The position numbers were made by a program, and so were the translations under genes. From Lophium mytilinum (Eukaryota), in assembly GCA_010093605.1 (NCBI GenBank), contig MU004183.1:2604001-2668000 (forward strand): a stretch of 64,000 nucleotides of DNA, written 5' to 3'. Position 1 is the first letter of the stretch. Each line of letters opens with the position of its first letter. The notes beneath the pieces were generated by a model. That model did not search any database. It saw only the letters and a list, made by a program, of their open reading frames with translations, and was not told the origin of the DNA. Positions 22,661-35,751 of this stretch are shown here, in pieces.

Positions 22661-24422
22661 TCAAGCCTTCGGTGCCTCTTCCAGATGTATCGCGCCCTTC
22701 TTCTCCACGGCAAGCGTCCTTTCCACGTCCTCGGCGCGCTGCTCAGCCGTCACTCTGCCGAAGAGGATATCCATATCCTCCAACTTGAGGCGGCGCGTTT
22801 CCTTGATGAAGAAAAAGGCGAAGATGCCCATTGATACACAGAAGATACCAAACATGAGGAAGGTGCGCCAACCGATGTGATTGACGGCTTCCGGGGTGAT
22901 TTTTGTGATGACGAAGTTGAAGAGCCATTGGGTTGCAGCTAATAGAGATGTTAGTATGCGTTCGAAGCAACGTGCAGGGGAATGGCAACTTACCACCCAT
23001 GCCAACACCATACGCGCGCAGGCGTGTTGGGAAAATCTCCGATAGATACACCCACGGAACGGGGCCCCAGGATGCGGAGTAGCCGATGACATAGAGATAG
23101 ATCATGACGACCATAGCGATGGAAGCTGACGAGACAGTGTCTGACTTCACGACCGGCGGGTGGGTTGCCAGCACTGCGCCGATGATGAACATCATAGTAG
23201 CCATCCACGCAGCGCCAGCTAGGAGACTCTTCCGCCGCCCGAAGCGATCGATACCGAGGATCAGAAATAATCCTGTCGTCACCACCTTGACAGTTCCGTA
23301 CACGCCGGTCGCAAAGAGCGATGCAGATGACTTGGACACGCCTACCGTCTGGAAAATCTGTGGCGCGTAGTACCCAATACTGTTGGTGCCGGAAAATTGC
23401 TGCCAGAACATGAGGCAGAAGCCTGTGAGAAAGCGATATCGGTTGCCCGGGAGCAAACATTCTTTCCACGTGACGCCCTCGGTCGCGTTGAGCTCTTCTT
23501 CGATAGCAGCACGGATCTCGGCAAGTTCCTTGACAACTTCTTCGCTCCCGGGCTCTTCGCAGCGGATGTGAGCGAGCGAGGCGGCGGCTTCGTCGTGGCG
23601 GCCTTGCTTCATGAGCCAGCGCGGGGACTCTTTGAGAAAGCAGAGACCGATGAGCATGAAGCCGCCGGGAATGAGTTGAATGGCGACGGGGATGCGCCAT
23701 TGACGAGTGGAGACGGGGATATGGAGAGAGACGCCGTAGTCAAGCCAGTAGCTAGGAAGTGTCAGTATTTTCTCATGGCTCACTACATGAAGACACAAAG
23801 TGTGCAGGACGGGGAGAAAAGAAAATGCTTACGCAAAAGTACTTCCTACGACCAAGAATTCTTGGAACAGCCCAGCAATTCTTCCCCTTACTTTCGGCGG
23901 GCAGTTCTCGCTCACGTAGACGGGCGTGATGCTGCTCATGCCACCAATGCCTAATCCCGCAATCACACGGCCACCATAGATCATGCCGAGATGGTGGTGC
24001 GCGGCAGTTTGGACGGAAGCGCCCACCAGAAAGACCAAGGCAAAGCCCATGAGACTGTAGCGGCGTCCGAAGCGTTCGTTTAGGAAAGCGGCAGCGATGG
24101 CTCCGAAGAAGCATCCGGCAGTAAGCAGCGAGACGACGTTTGAGCTGACGTAGGCATTTCTGGCGTTGGCAAAGCCGGTGGACTCAGTTGGGAGGCCGAA
24201 GTCTTTCTTGAATGCTTTGAGGGCGAGGACCGAGCCCATTACCCCGGTGTCGTAGCCTATGCAGCATGGTTAGTTTGCTGAAGATGCAAAACACCACTTG
24301 TTCCTGAGCCTATGCTTCAACTCGACGGACACAAGATGATACATACCAAACAGCAACGAGCCCATGTAGGCCACCGAGGTAAGCAGGTAGACCCTGCGGT
24401 TCTTGAAGAATAGCGACGGCAT
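22661..24422 (-). CDS. MFS sugar-porter family transporter (quinate-permease-like), multi-exon
   Basis: MPSLFFKNRRVYLL..LLFG|YDTG, ERFGRR, GRVIAGLGIG, PVYVSE, ESPRWL, QQFSGTNSIGYYAP, DRFGRR, WGPVPWVYLSEIFPTRLR, KET motifs. Confidence 0.93.
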
Positions 24423-26203
24423 GGCGGTGAAGCTTCTTCCCTCGAAACTGAAGAAGTTGTGTAGCTACTTCGCTCGAAATGGAAGAAGAGCTGGCAGCAA
24501 GACCTTAGCAGCTTCTCCGGGTGGAGACATGCAGGTAGTTATAGATTCCTCCCGAGTTTGTGGAGTGAATCTGGGGCCATCCCCACAGTCAGGTGTCCCC
24601 GTGAAGCTGGGGAAGGTGAAAGATTCTCCGTGAGTTTCTCCACCAATGGGAGTGAAAGGCCGTTAGCGTCCGCGAAGGATCGTCGTTCCGATACCCCATC
24701 AAGGCTGGGGATAGCTTCTCTCAGCGTTCTATCACCGTGAGAGCACCTGAAAGACGTTCTACAAGCTGATCGACTTGGCAGCTGTCCTCTGGTGCCCAGA
24801 GTCGTAGGTTTGCAGGTGGAAGTGTCGGGTAGCAGGCGTGGCATTCTCCGCTCGCAATCTCTACGAGGGGGGCCTCGGGGGCTTGGCATCATGGCATGCC
24901 CCTCCATCACCGCCTTTCCACCCCCGTCGCCATGTGCCGTGAATCGTGGTGAAGGTGCTGCGTCAGTGCATGTGGTTGGTTGGTGGACACAGTGGGTCTC
25001 CGGAAGGACGTGCAGCTGTCAGGGGCGTCTGCCCGGGCGAGGCGCTTCGACCCTTTCATCCCTCCCATCTCCGACCACCGCCTCTCAATTTCCACCACTC
25101 GCTGCGATGCTGTCTTGATGTATGCAGAAGGTGAGGGAGCGGAAAATGATTCCCATTGAGGTCTGAGAGACTCTGCTGACTGCACAGAGCCGTTCTCTGA
25201 GGTACGACTGAGGGCTCGTGTTTCGACCTGCGCTCTTGACCGCTGCTTGAAACACCAATTCAGTGTTGGCGTGACTCTGCCGATTGTGTATCATGCATGC
25301 ATCCAAGGGAGCATTTGGCCCTGGAGCAGATCATGAAGCTGCCCCGGTAGATGGAGTGATGACAGTGGGACTCGGGTGGTGTGAGTGGTTCTCTTCCACA
25401 TGCATGTTTCGTCTCTCCGAGCGGCCTTTGCTCCTCGTTCTTGGCGATATTTCCAATTCACACTCATCGTGGGTGCTCCAATCCGCTGGGATCCCTTTTC
25501 AAACCTGTCCAGTCGTAGAGATAGTCTTATTGCACAGCGATTGCACTTGGTTCTCTTACTGGGTCACTGCTGGGTTGAGTTTGGCCATACTCCACGCAAA
25601 TGCTCCGAAAATATATCTCGCCTGCCCTCTTGTGTCATCTCTCCTACGCCAAGTCTCGGCTTCCTCCCGCAAAGCGAGATCGTATCCGTCCTTGCATGTC
25701 GAATCAACACCACCGTTTGGTTTAACGCCCTATCGGCCTCGGTTGGATGCTAGGCTCTCCCTGGCCGCGTTTCACGATACATCGTGCCCGACAACCTGGT
25801 AAGCGACATGAGCAGGGCCCGCTCCAACACCATCTATATTACCCACTCCGCCTTGGCGCTCACCAAAACGCCTACAGCGGCATTTCTGCGACGTCTTTGG
25901 ATGTTTCTAGGCCTCATCGTGAATCTCCGCGGTCCACAAGCCTCATGCACCTGCCCTACTCATCCCACCGCCCCAGCAGGTATCCCCTGCCCTAAGCAAT
26001 TCTGACTTGACCATGTCTCCGCGCTTAGGCGAGATATGGGCGTTTCCATGCTTCGATCGAGTATAAGAGCCCTCTTGCATCCTTCCGACAGAGACCACAC
26101 GCTTGAAGCAGAGTCCTTTCCACGTTCATTCATTCTTTTCGTGTCTATACAATCTTTTTTTTTCATTCCACACACTCATTACACTCATTACAGCATCTTC
26201 GAC

Positions 26204-27386
26204 ATGAAGTCCTTCGCTCTTTTAGCTCTGGCAGCTGCAGCTCGTCTCGCCCAGGCCCATACCACCGTCTATGCCATCTGGGTCAACGACGTCGACCAAG
26301 GCCTTGGGAACAGCGCGTCTGGATATATCCGCTCCCCACCGAACAACGACCCCGTGAAGGATGTCACCTCCAAGGACATGACCTGCAACGTCAACAATGC
26401 CGCGACCACAAAGACCATCTCAGTCGTGGGCGGAGACAAGGTACATCCTACTCCCCTTGAATTTGATGCAAATACTGATTCTTGCAGATCACTTTCGAGT
26501 GGCATCACAACGACCGCACCGCATCTGACGACATCATCGCCTCGTCCCATCTCGGTCCCGTCATGACCTACATTGCCCCCACCTCCTCCGACGGCGCCGG
26601 TGACGTCTGGATCAAGCTCGCTGAAGACGGATACGATGGTGATTGGGCCGTCACCCGTCTCATTGCCAACAAGGGAAAGCACAGTATTACTCTCCCTGAT
26701 CTTGCCGCGGGAACTTACCTCTTGAGGCCCGAGATCATTGCCCTTCACGAAGCCGAAAACACCGGTGGTGCCCAGTTCTACATGGAGTGTGTCCAGATCA
26801 AGGTCACCAGCGCTGGCACAAAGGTAAGAAGTCTCCATTCGTAGATTCTCAGAGTTCAGGAGCTCACAACTAGCAGACCCTCCCCGCTGGCGTCGCCATT
26901 CCAGGTACCTACTCTGCTTCCGACCCCGGCATCCTTTTCGACCTCTACAACGGCTTCACCTCCTATCCCATCCCCGGTCCAGCAGTCTGGGACGGTGCTA
27001 GCGGTACCGTTGCCACCAGCGCTGTCGCCAGCGTTTCCAAGGCTGTATCCACGGCCGCCCCGGCCACATCAGCACCGGCCGTCTCATCTGCGGCGGTCAT
27101 CTCGTCTGCAGCGGTTGTCTCAACCCCAGCTGCTTCAACCCCAGCCGTTGTAAAGACTTCCACCAAAGCAGCTACTTCTGCCCTTGCGTCTGCATTGCCC
27201 GCGGCTCCTACGACTCTCGTTACGGCCGTCAGGCCTACCACCACCTCCGCGATTGCCACCCCTGCGCCTACGGGCGCCGTGGCGAAGTACTACCAGTGTG
27301 GTGGACTCAACTACACCGGCGCTACCGCTTGTGTTGCGGGATCGACCTGCAAGCAGTGGAACCCGTACTACCACCAGTGCGTGTAG
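26204..27386 (+). CDS. Secreted AA9 lytic polysaccharide monooxygenase with S/T/A/P linker and C-terminal CBM1
   Basis: Signal peptide then His1 (AQA|HTTV), SHLGPV second His, [16 protein letters not shown], and CBM1 [31 protein letters not shown]. Introns at ~26441-26487 and ~26824-26876. Confidence 0.96.
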
Positions 27387-27853
27387 ATACTTTTCTCTTC
27401 AAGAGGACTTGTAGAATAGGATACTAGAGCGGGAGTCGAGTTATTGTGATCTGGTCGAGATCTTCTGGTTACGTTGTCACGCCATCAAAAACGCCATGGT
27501 TGCAATTTCTAGTGGGCGAAAACCTAGTTCTGCCTGTGGTAGAGCTGTCTTATCTTCTTGTATATATGCTAGAGCTTTCGTCAAAATTTACTTCTTTGAG
27601 CTACCCTCACTAGTGTTTCTCCTCGTGACATCCTGCCTATGGTAACAACACCATTGTTTCCCCGTACGAATCTCCGGCAATGTCTCAATATATCATTGAC
27701 TTCAGTCATTAAACGGTGAGTACTCCAAAAATCCAGCCTAGTCTTCCTAGAACAGCCGTGTAATAACGCCATTCGAATACTATATCGCTAAAATTAGCCG
27801 CAGAGTAATTTAATTTCCATCTTAGGCTTTTGGAGGGCGTACCTAGTGGATAA

Positions 27854-27979
27854 CTATTTGGCTGTAGAAGAGTGCCAATCCTTAGGGCATCCACAAGTGT
27901 TGCAAGTACCATTCTGTCCGCCCCATTTGAACTTAGTGCAGTCACAGGTACTACTGTCGGCAGAAGTGCTGCAGCCCAT
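27854..27979 (-). CDS. Putative 41-aa Cys/His-rich micro-protein (zinc-binding/metallothionein-like, possible N-acylation)
   Basis: MGCSTSADSSTCDCTKFKWGGQNGTCNTCGCPKDWHSSTAK*. Start context CAAAGATGG, CT/CAA-rich leader, TATAAG ~130 nt upstream. Confidence 0.55.
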   Translation of the reverse strand: MGCSTSADSSTCDCTKFKWGGQNGTCNTCGCPKDWHSSTAK

Positions 27980-29112
27980 CTTTGCTTTGAGTACTTTGTC
28001 GAAGAAGAAGCGTATGAAGAGATTTGATGAGGCCGAGGGTAGAGATTTTACAAGGCTGAGGTTGAGAAGTGAACGAAGAGCGCAGTTCTGGCTGAGCGGC
28101 AATCGTCTTATATCCCCGCATACTGTCCGAGCTCGATAAGGTGGTGTAACCTTGAGACAATAGGCTTTGAGATTGGTTTATCTTTCAGAGCCTTGTCAGT
28201 TTATGGAACGCAACCTCAACCTTGGGAGGACGCAAGTCGTCTGACCACCAAGGTAGATAGGGGCATTCGCGTGAGGAGCCTTGTTGGTCTCATTATGTTC
28301 CCAGCTTTTAAGTCGAGGAGAAAGGATGAACTCGGCCGTATGGACCAAAGTTGCAGAGAAAGAAGTGCCGAGTTTCGGAAGCACGTGATCTCTTTCACCA
28401 AGTAAATTTGTCCTGCATTTGACCGCTTCCTATGATTAGGACTGTCTTTTCATACCTTTGCCATGCGAGTAATCTTGAGTCGGGGAGATTCAATGCTCAA
28501 ACGGCATGATGATCCCAACCAAGCAGACAATGGAGAAGATGAGCCCAGAAAATTTGTCCAGCGTCGTTGCCTGCGAACAAGCCTCATTTCTTCTTCTGCT
28601 CTATTTCTCTACCACACATCATTCGGATCCTACTTCAAGAATCTAAAGAATACCAAGTTGACGTTCCTGTCTCTTCGTGGCTGCCTTTCAGTACTAGGTG
28701 TCACAATTCGGCGTGTACTTGATATCTCTAGGGAGATCCTATTTTAGGTAGAAAGTCTTATTAGCACCCAGCCTGGCTGCTCGTTGTACGTCATGCATGG
28801 ACAAGAATGCACAAGAGATGGATTGGGTTGGACGGTGCGAATTGGAGTGCATCGTGGCGTTCAGCGTAGGGGCGCAATTGCGGCGCAGGGAGAGCGCTAA
28901 AGGCGGCCCCCACGCTAGACCTCTCCTCGAGGCGCCCTCTACTTGACTAGAGCTTCCTCCACTTCATGAATTTTGTTCTGGTACTACTACTCATCATGAT
29001 GAGCTCTTCTCCTCCAATTGATATTCTCCTATGATAACTTTCTTCGATACTTTCGCTCAGATTCTTGGTCCACTGAAAGCTTTCTGACCTTAGGCTTCAG
29101 CCTCCCACCCAA

Positions 29113-31750
29113 ATGACCGTAATGTCATACGAAGATGATGAGTTCAATCAAAGCATCGAGGAACAACCCGATTTGGGCCTTACTACCCGTCGTCAAACCT
29201 ATCATCGCGTGGGATCTCAAGACTACACAAATATAGGACCTCGCGATTATGAGAGCGTCGAGCTGGAGACTCAACCAAGGTAGGCCGCCAGAATACGTAC
29301 TACGGCTGGCTTCAATTTACCTACAAGCGATAGTCATGGATCATTCCGGCAAAGTCCAAATCCATATAAAGTGCCTCGCAAACCAGTAGGATCCGCTAGA
29401 TCAGGCCTCACTCCGCTCATCCAACATAATTTCGAGGTCGCCACAGAAGGACCAGAAATATCAAGAAAGCCGTTCTGGAATCCCGAGTCATGGCCGCTGC
29501 TCATCAAATTCAACCGTTGGCAACGAAACAGTCGCTTTGCCGGCTGGCGTCTTGGTGTTCTCACCGGCTGCATCTTATCCACTGTCGTCCTCTGCATTAA
29601 CGTTATCTTATTTGTGGTAGGAGCAACAGCAGAAGGCGGCTATGTCGATGGCTTTGCTACACTTCATAAAGGACCTGGCCACCGCATTGGCAATCTCAGC
29701 ACAATGTACCATGTTTTGATCAACGTCCTCAGCACATCCCTACTGAGTGCTAGCAATTACACCATGCAGGTTCTCTGCTCTCCAACGAGGAAGGAGGTCG
29801 ATAGAGCCCACGCTAGGGGACAGTACTTGAACATCGGAATTCTTAGTACGAGAAATCTTTGGAGTATCAGCAAACGCAGGCTCGCATTGTGGTGGATTCT
29901 GGCACTCTCGTCCGTTCCGCTTCATTTGTTGTAAGTCTTGCACACCCCATTAATAGTTCAGGCACCGCTTTTCTTTTTCCTCACCACTAGAGACCAGTTT
30001 CCTCACTACCTTTTTTGTTGTTAGAGTATAGGACAAGTGCGGAAAGCGAGGAAGGACCGTAGTTTAACCTTCCATGAACGTAGAGCTATGCATGAGAATC
30101 TACAGAGAAGACGAGCACAAACTAACACAGTCTAGCTACAACGCCGCGATCTTCAAAGTCACATCTGGAAATCAATACGTGGCGCAATTCGTTAACATAG
30201 CTCAGACCGACGTCTGGAACCGGTTGAATTCGAGTACGACTATTCAGCGCATGAATAACACCGAGTGGCGCAAAACGTATAGCTCGCGTTACATCGCAGA
30301 AACTGGCGACATTTATCTCATCGTCGACCAGATTGCCCTCGAATATGAATACTTCAAGTCTCCGAGTCACTCCCTCTCAGACTTCAGCCTCTCGGCTCCC
30401 ATGTCCATGTCAATTGACCCTGAAAAGGACTTATCGTTGACGGGCAAAATGCAATGGCAGGAAGGGTATTGGTACATACCGAACACTATCGCATACCTAA
30501 ATAAGACGCTCGAATCGTCGGGAAATTACTCTTGGTTCCCGGACACGGAATCGACCGACAACCCAAACAACACGTACCACATCCAGTACTCCTTCGTTAA
30601 ACCCGTGATCGACCCCAATACAAGCAAAGTTCAGATCGGCCTTATTTTCATGGCCATAGTCATTGGCTGCAACTTCGTCAAAGCGTTGGTCATGCTGATT
30701 ACATTTCTAGATCACCGGAGTGCATATCTCGTTACGACCGGTGATGCCCTAGCTTCTTTCTTAGCAAGACCAGATCCTACGACTGTCGGATGCTGCATCT
30801 CTGCCTACGATACTATTCAGAAGCGCATCAAGAAGCTCGCAGAAGCAGGGCCTACCAACGAGGGCCCTTGGCAGGACTTATCACTAGGTGGCGAATTCTG
30901 GGTCAAACGGCATCGACTGATCGACAGCGCTATCAGCGGACTAAGAGCATACGGAGCATATTTGCTGTACTTCCTCCCATACCTATTCCTTCTGACTACC
31001 CAAATCCTAATTCGTCCCAGCTGCACCATCACCGTCGTCGCTGGCATTGGCCTCCCCGTCACCATCGGCCTCCGCACCAAAGCCTGGGGCCCCGCCTCTC
31101 CGCTCACCTTCTCCCTAAGCACCCACAATACCTTCAACACGCGCGATCTGCTGCTCAACGCCTCCCTCGCCAACCTCCCGCAGCTCTACCTGAGCATCTA
31201 CTACATCACCTTCAACGGGCTCTACACCTGCGTCGCCATGGCCTACGAATGGAACGCCCTCGGCACCAAGCGACGCGGCCTCCGCGTCACCAAAGAAGAA
31301 GGCGACCAGCGCAGCACGCACTTCCTGCAACTGCCCTACCGCTGGGCCCTCCCCATCGCCGCAACTAGCGGGGTCCTTCACTGGCTCATGTCTGAGACGC
31401 TCTTCCTTGTGCGCGCCGACGTCCGAGACCGAGACGGAAAGCTTATCGATCTCGAGTCCTTCTCGGCGTGCGGGTACAGTCCTGTGAGCTTACTGGCGCT
31501 ATTCTGTGTGGCATCCGTGCCGATTCTAGTGACCGCATGGGTGGTTACGCGAAGCCTGCGGCAGCGGGTGCCGTTCGCGGCGGGGAATAGTATGGTGGTT
31601 AGTGCGGCGTGCCATCCGCCGGCGGATGATGTGGATGTGCATTTGAAGAAGGTGATGTGGGGGGAGGTGGGGAGGTTTAAGGATGTTGGACACTGTTCGT
31701 TGAGTAGTGCGGACGTTGGGGAGCCGGTGCCTGGGATGAGATATGCGTAG
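29113..31750 (+). CDS. Fungal multi-pass membrane protein, DUF6536-like
   Basis: GWRLGV..LINVLSTSLLSASNYTMQVLCSPTRKEVDRAH..LNIGILSTRNL..SSVPLHLL|YNAAIF; LVTTGDALASFL; ANLPQL; QRSTHFLQLPYRW; HWLMSE; SAACH. Introns at ~29280-29333, ~29931-30135 and probably ~30966-31020. Confidence 0.85.
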
Positions 31751-31952
31751 GAGATGAATCGTACAGGAGGAGGCTGAGTTTAGGTTATTTGAGTATAAAT
31801 CTAGTCTCAGATTTCGACGCAAGTTAGATTGAAGTGTCTTCATGATGGATATGCTTGTATACGACGGTGCGTTGGGTATGGATTGAGCCCAGATTTTTCC
31901 AAGTCCATCCTCGAATCAAACCTCCCCGACTATGGGCCATAGACGGCGATAT

Positions 31953-34030
31953 TCAAACAGGTTGGACGCCTAAAGTCACCTCTCCTTTCGTGGACCCGAA
32001 AGCTATGCCTTTGAACAAGGGGATCGAAAAGGGAATTTGAGCACCGGTCTGACTCTGCTTGAGTCCATTTCGCAAATCTGGTCGTGAAAATTAGTCAGCT
32101 AGTGCAACGATTTAATTGAGGTAGTATTGAAGAATAGCACCTACTCAGAAATGCCGACCCGTTCCCAATCTCATCGTCATGGTTCGGGAATGGCCAGACA
32201 CTATCGTCATCGTCCATAACCAAAACTCTAACCAGGTATTTCGCAGACATGTCAATCCTCAGCACTGGCGGCAGAAGGATCCTCGGCGCAACGAAGTCCT
32301 GATCGCCCCAGTACGCTTCAGCGTTGTTACCCGGAGGTAGCGGTGGATAGCGTCCATTAAAGACAATGCACCCTTCTCGCTCGATCTGAATGCTGATGTA
32401 CATATCCTTCTTCTCGCCGTCGGGCTTTGCGGATATACTGACGAGGCGAAGCTGGAATTATCGAAAGACTTGCACCTCGTTTGTGTAAGGATTCCAGACA
32501 ATGATACCACGCTGAAAACCCTGCGCCCATCGTGGTTTCGGCTGCTGGACATCAGTGTCGAGCGGTAGACTGACCTGGTCCGTCGTAGGGAGCCCCAGGA
32601 CACCGGGTGGGCCTCCGATGGCGAGATACTTAGCCTTGAAGTCACGAAAGACGACGTGAGCTCCTGTGATGAAGCTCCAAAATATAGCAGTGCCGGTCTC
32701 GAAGTCTTGCTTGCGGACATCCATCTCCACACCTTCAACTCCGAAGAAGTTGACCTTTACTCCAGGGACCTTCTCTTCGGTACGCAGAGGGTAGCCTAGT
32801 TTCGACACGCTTCCAACGGCACGCAACGCGTCATCGATCGCACCGTAAACCCCAATGGCGTGAGGGAGACCTCGCTTCAGATACCACGTCCCAAGCTGGA
32901 AGCGCTGCGACACCCCGCCCTGTGCGATGAAACCGTCTTCTGATTTCTGACTCTCGAGTGGGAAGCCCCATTTGACGACGAGGCCGTCGTTCGACCGGTC
33001 TTTCCAGATTTGCCCGAGAATGGCATGGCCACCAGTCGCCTGCGACCACTCCACAGTACCGTTATTGAGTTCGATGCTGCGACCAACACGGTTATTGGCC
33101 TCTGTCCAAGCGTTTTCGTCCGAGTCTTGATAGCTCAGTCCAACCTTGATGTGCTCAGGAAGGTTTTTGTATGCGTCCCAGAGGTCTCCATGCATCTCAA
33201 ACGCCGCTTCTCGCAAGCTGTAGTGAAAAGAGATTGCTCCTTGGCGATACTGTTGGATCCACGTTGAGTCTTTGCTGACAGCAGGACCCAGAGGGTATCC
33301 AAGATTGAACAGGGACCGCATAGTCTCGAGCTTCGTCGTAATGAACCACTGCGGCACGTTACGCTGCTTGTCGACCTCGAGCTTGAGCTTGTCTCGGATT
33401 CCCAGCTCGACTTTGACGGCAGCAATGGCACCGCTGAAGCTCATAGGGATTAAGGGCTGCTTCAAGCCCCGCGATTTGGATTCTTTGGGGGTTTTCTATC
33501 CCCACGTGCGCGTTGCGACCGAAGCCGTGACAGCTTATGGGGACGCCGCCGAGGAAAGTCACCAACGTAACCTTGTCCCAGACCAAGTCAGCTGAGTACC
33601 ATTTCTCCGACACGATTTCGGGAGTCTCGAAAACCTCCGTGGCTTGAGATCCGACGACTGCCTCTTTAACGGTGGCAGCTAGTCTTGGGATTCCTTCGGT
33701 GAGATAGAGAGAGAATGGGATGGCGTCGTTGTGAAGGAGGTATTGCTTAAAGAAGGGTCCGGGGATGAAGCAGTTCCCGGGGCCAGCGGTGTATTTGAAC
33801 ACCACTCGAGCATGAAATTGGGCCGTGCCTGCGATATAGCAAGAGCTGGTGTCTACTACGAGTGGCGCATCAGGACCGAGATGGACTGCCTGTGGCAGCG
33901 TTTGTCCTTCGCAAGACCCGGGGCCAGGGACAAGCTGGGAGAGACTCGGAAGGAGGCTGGCAAATGTGCCATCAGGATTGGAGACACGAGGATCGTTGAA
34001 AGAGTAGTCGATGATGGTGTTGGTCGGCAC
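31953..34030 (-). pseudogene. Bacterial-type LamG/ConA-like + LGFP-repeat protein with a frameshift (~33445) and an in-frame stop (32458-32460)
   Basis: LGFP-type repeats: LGYP/WGFP/LGYP/LGLPTTD, Q-F--G-I-WS--TGAH-V-G. N-terminal WYSADLVWD..L..FLGG..FSGAIAAV is LamG-like and is split across frames. Reading continues in frame past TAA into MYISIQ. A terminal intron lies at 32144-32078. Confidence 0.75.
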
Positions 34031-34351
34031 TGTGGGCAGAGGAGGCGATATTATTATTGCTTCCGAGGTGGAGTCTTCTCGCTTTTATGACACCGAAGCC
34101 ATCTGTCAGCTCCCATTACAGCTACTGCAACGCAGCAATTCAACTTCTACAGCCAAGATCATGCCCGGCACTGTGACTGGACGAGTTGCAACTCCAAGGA
34201 TGTGGCTGCCTTGGCGATGTCTGTGCTGCTATATTCTGCGTCGGCAGCTGAACTGAGGGAACAGCATGTCCATACGGCCTCGCAATTCACGTTTCAGCTC
34301 TCCCCTTGGGATCTCGCGGCTGCACCGTCCAGACTGTAAAATACAAAGGCG

Positions 34352-35751
34352 TCAGAAGTGCGGCAGATACTCCGTCCAGCGCACGTTTGTATAGACACCA
34401 GGCGGCATGGACCTCAAACATGCAAAAATCTCTACAAGAAGGTAGAGCCGACATAAGACATAGAAAGGGCCAATGAAGTAATCAAGCTTACTCGACCGAA
34501 CAGTTCTTGAGCGTCCTCGGTGACGTTCGCCCTTGGCGTCTGCGACTCTTTCCGCAATTTTTTCTTTTATATCGTCCATGTGCGCATGGAGGAACTGCAG
34601 TAGACCGAATATAGTGGGGAATAGCGCACATCCAATAGATGCAAGCCTCCACATCCACTTCTCCGCCAGGGAAGGGAAGGCCCAGTTCCATGCTAAGAGA
34701 TGACAAGCTGCGAATGCAAGAGACATGGCAACCATGAAGCATACGCGGTCCAAATGGAACATGGAATAAAGTTGAAGGTTCCCTTGCCTTGAAGATATCA
34801 ACTCCTCGATATCCTGGTCATCCTGAAGGTTGAACTTTTCAACCATGCTACTCACATTCTCGTCATATTTTATGATTATCGGCGTGTCAACATCCAGTGG
34901 TTTCTTCCACCATAGGAGATATGAAACCAGCGTGCAAATGACGATAGCCAAAGTGAACCATTCCAGGGGACTGACAAGAAGGTTCTGGACAGATCGGCCG
35001 ACGGTTTGTGCGACGAACCACGAGATTTGGAAGTACGAAATGACTTTGACCGCCCATGAAGCTTTACTCTTGTCGAGGATCTCTTCTTCCGAAATAGAAG
35101 GTAGTCTCATCCCGTCAAGCATCAGGCTGCGGAACTCATGCACCATATCATTATCGGTGGGGTCTCTGGATTGATCTTTGAGCAGTCTAAAGCGTACACC
35201 ATTTGGAAGTTCCACGGATAGCCCACCCATTTCGATGAAAAATGCGTGCGTCATTCCCCAAGGCTTTGGGATCTGCGTGGATCGCGGTGATGTTAACAGT
35301 CTAGCCACTAGCACCAGGCGGCTCTTGAAGTAAACTCACTGTCGGCCAGTAAAGAGGGGTCTTCTCCCTCCGGGAATGTCGATAAAACCTGCCTTTTGGA
35401 AGTTAGTGCTCCAAAATGCGGTATGTACAAGGCGCATAGTGACTCCATACGTTTCTGACTTTTCGACCACGTCTTTAGCTCATCCAACCAACCCCTAGCA
35501 TACCTCCAGTCTCGAAATGCATTCGTTACGACATACTCGGGAGCTAAGGTAGCTATGGCCATCCACTTGATTTTACGAAGCTTGATTACAACGCTCGTGT
35601 CTCCGTCCGCCGCCACGTTAAGATGTATTGCCGACCATGTGCATATGAAAAGTGTGGCTAAGCAATGGTATAGCAGCGATGCAGTCCCTCGGTCTTGATA
35701 GGACTCGGAAACCCAGCCAACGCGCCTAGACTCTGCAGGAGGGAACTCCAT
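34352..35751 (-). CDS. Fungal-specific multi-pass membrane protein of unknown function (2 exons)
   Basis: Family motifs GWV..RGT..L..C..T..ICTWSAIHLNV, APE, WGMTHAFFIEMGG, I.DKSKA, QISWF, PLE..T, WWKKPLDV, H..AWN..FP..E..WR, Y..CR.YL.VE...LR. Confidence 0.8.

Noticed and set aside
22990..23954. Long overlapping/antisense ORFs over GC-rich genes (also 30790-31368, 54102-54560, 60251-60787)
   Set aside because: Shadow frames caused by codon bias of the real genes.
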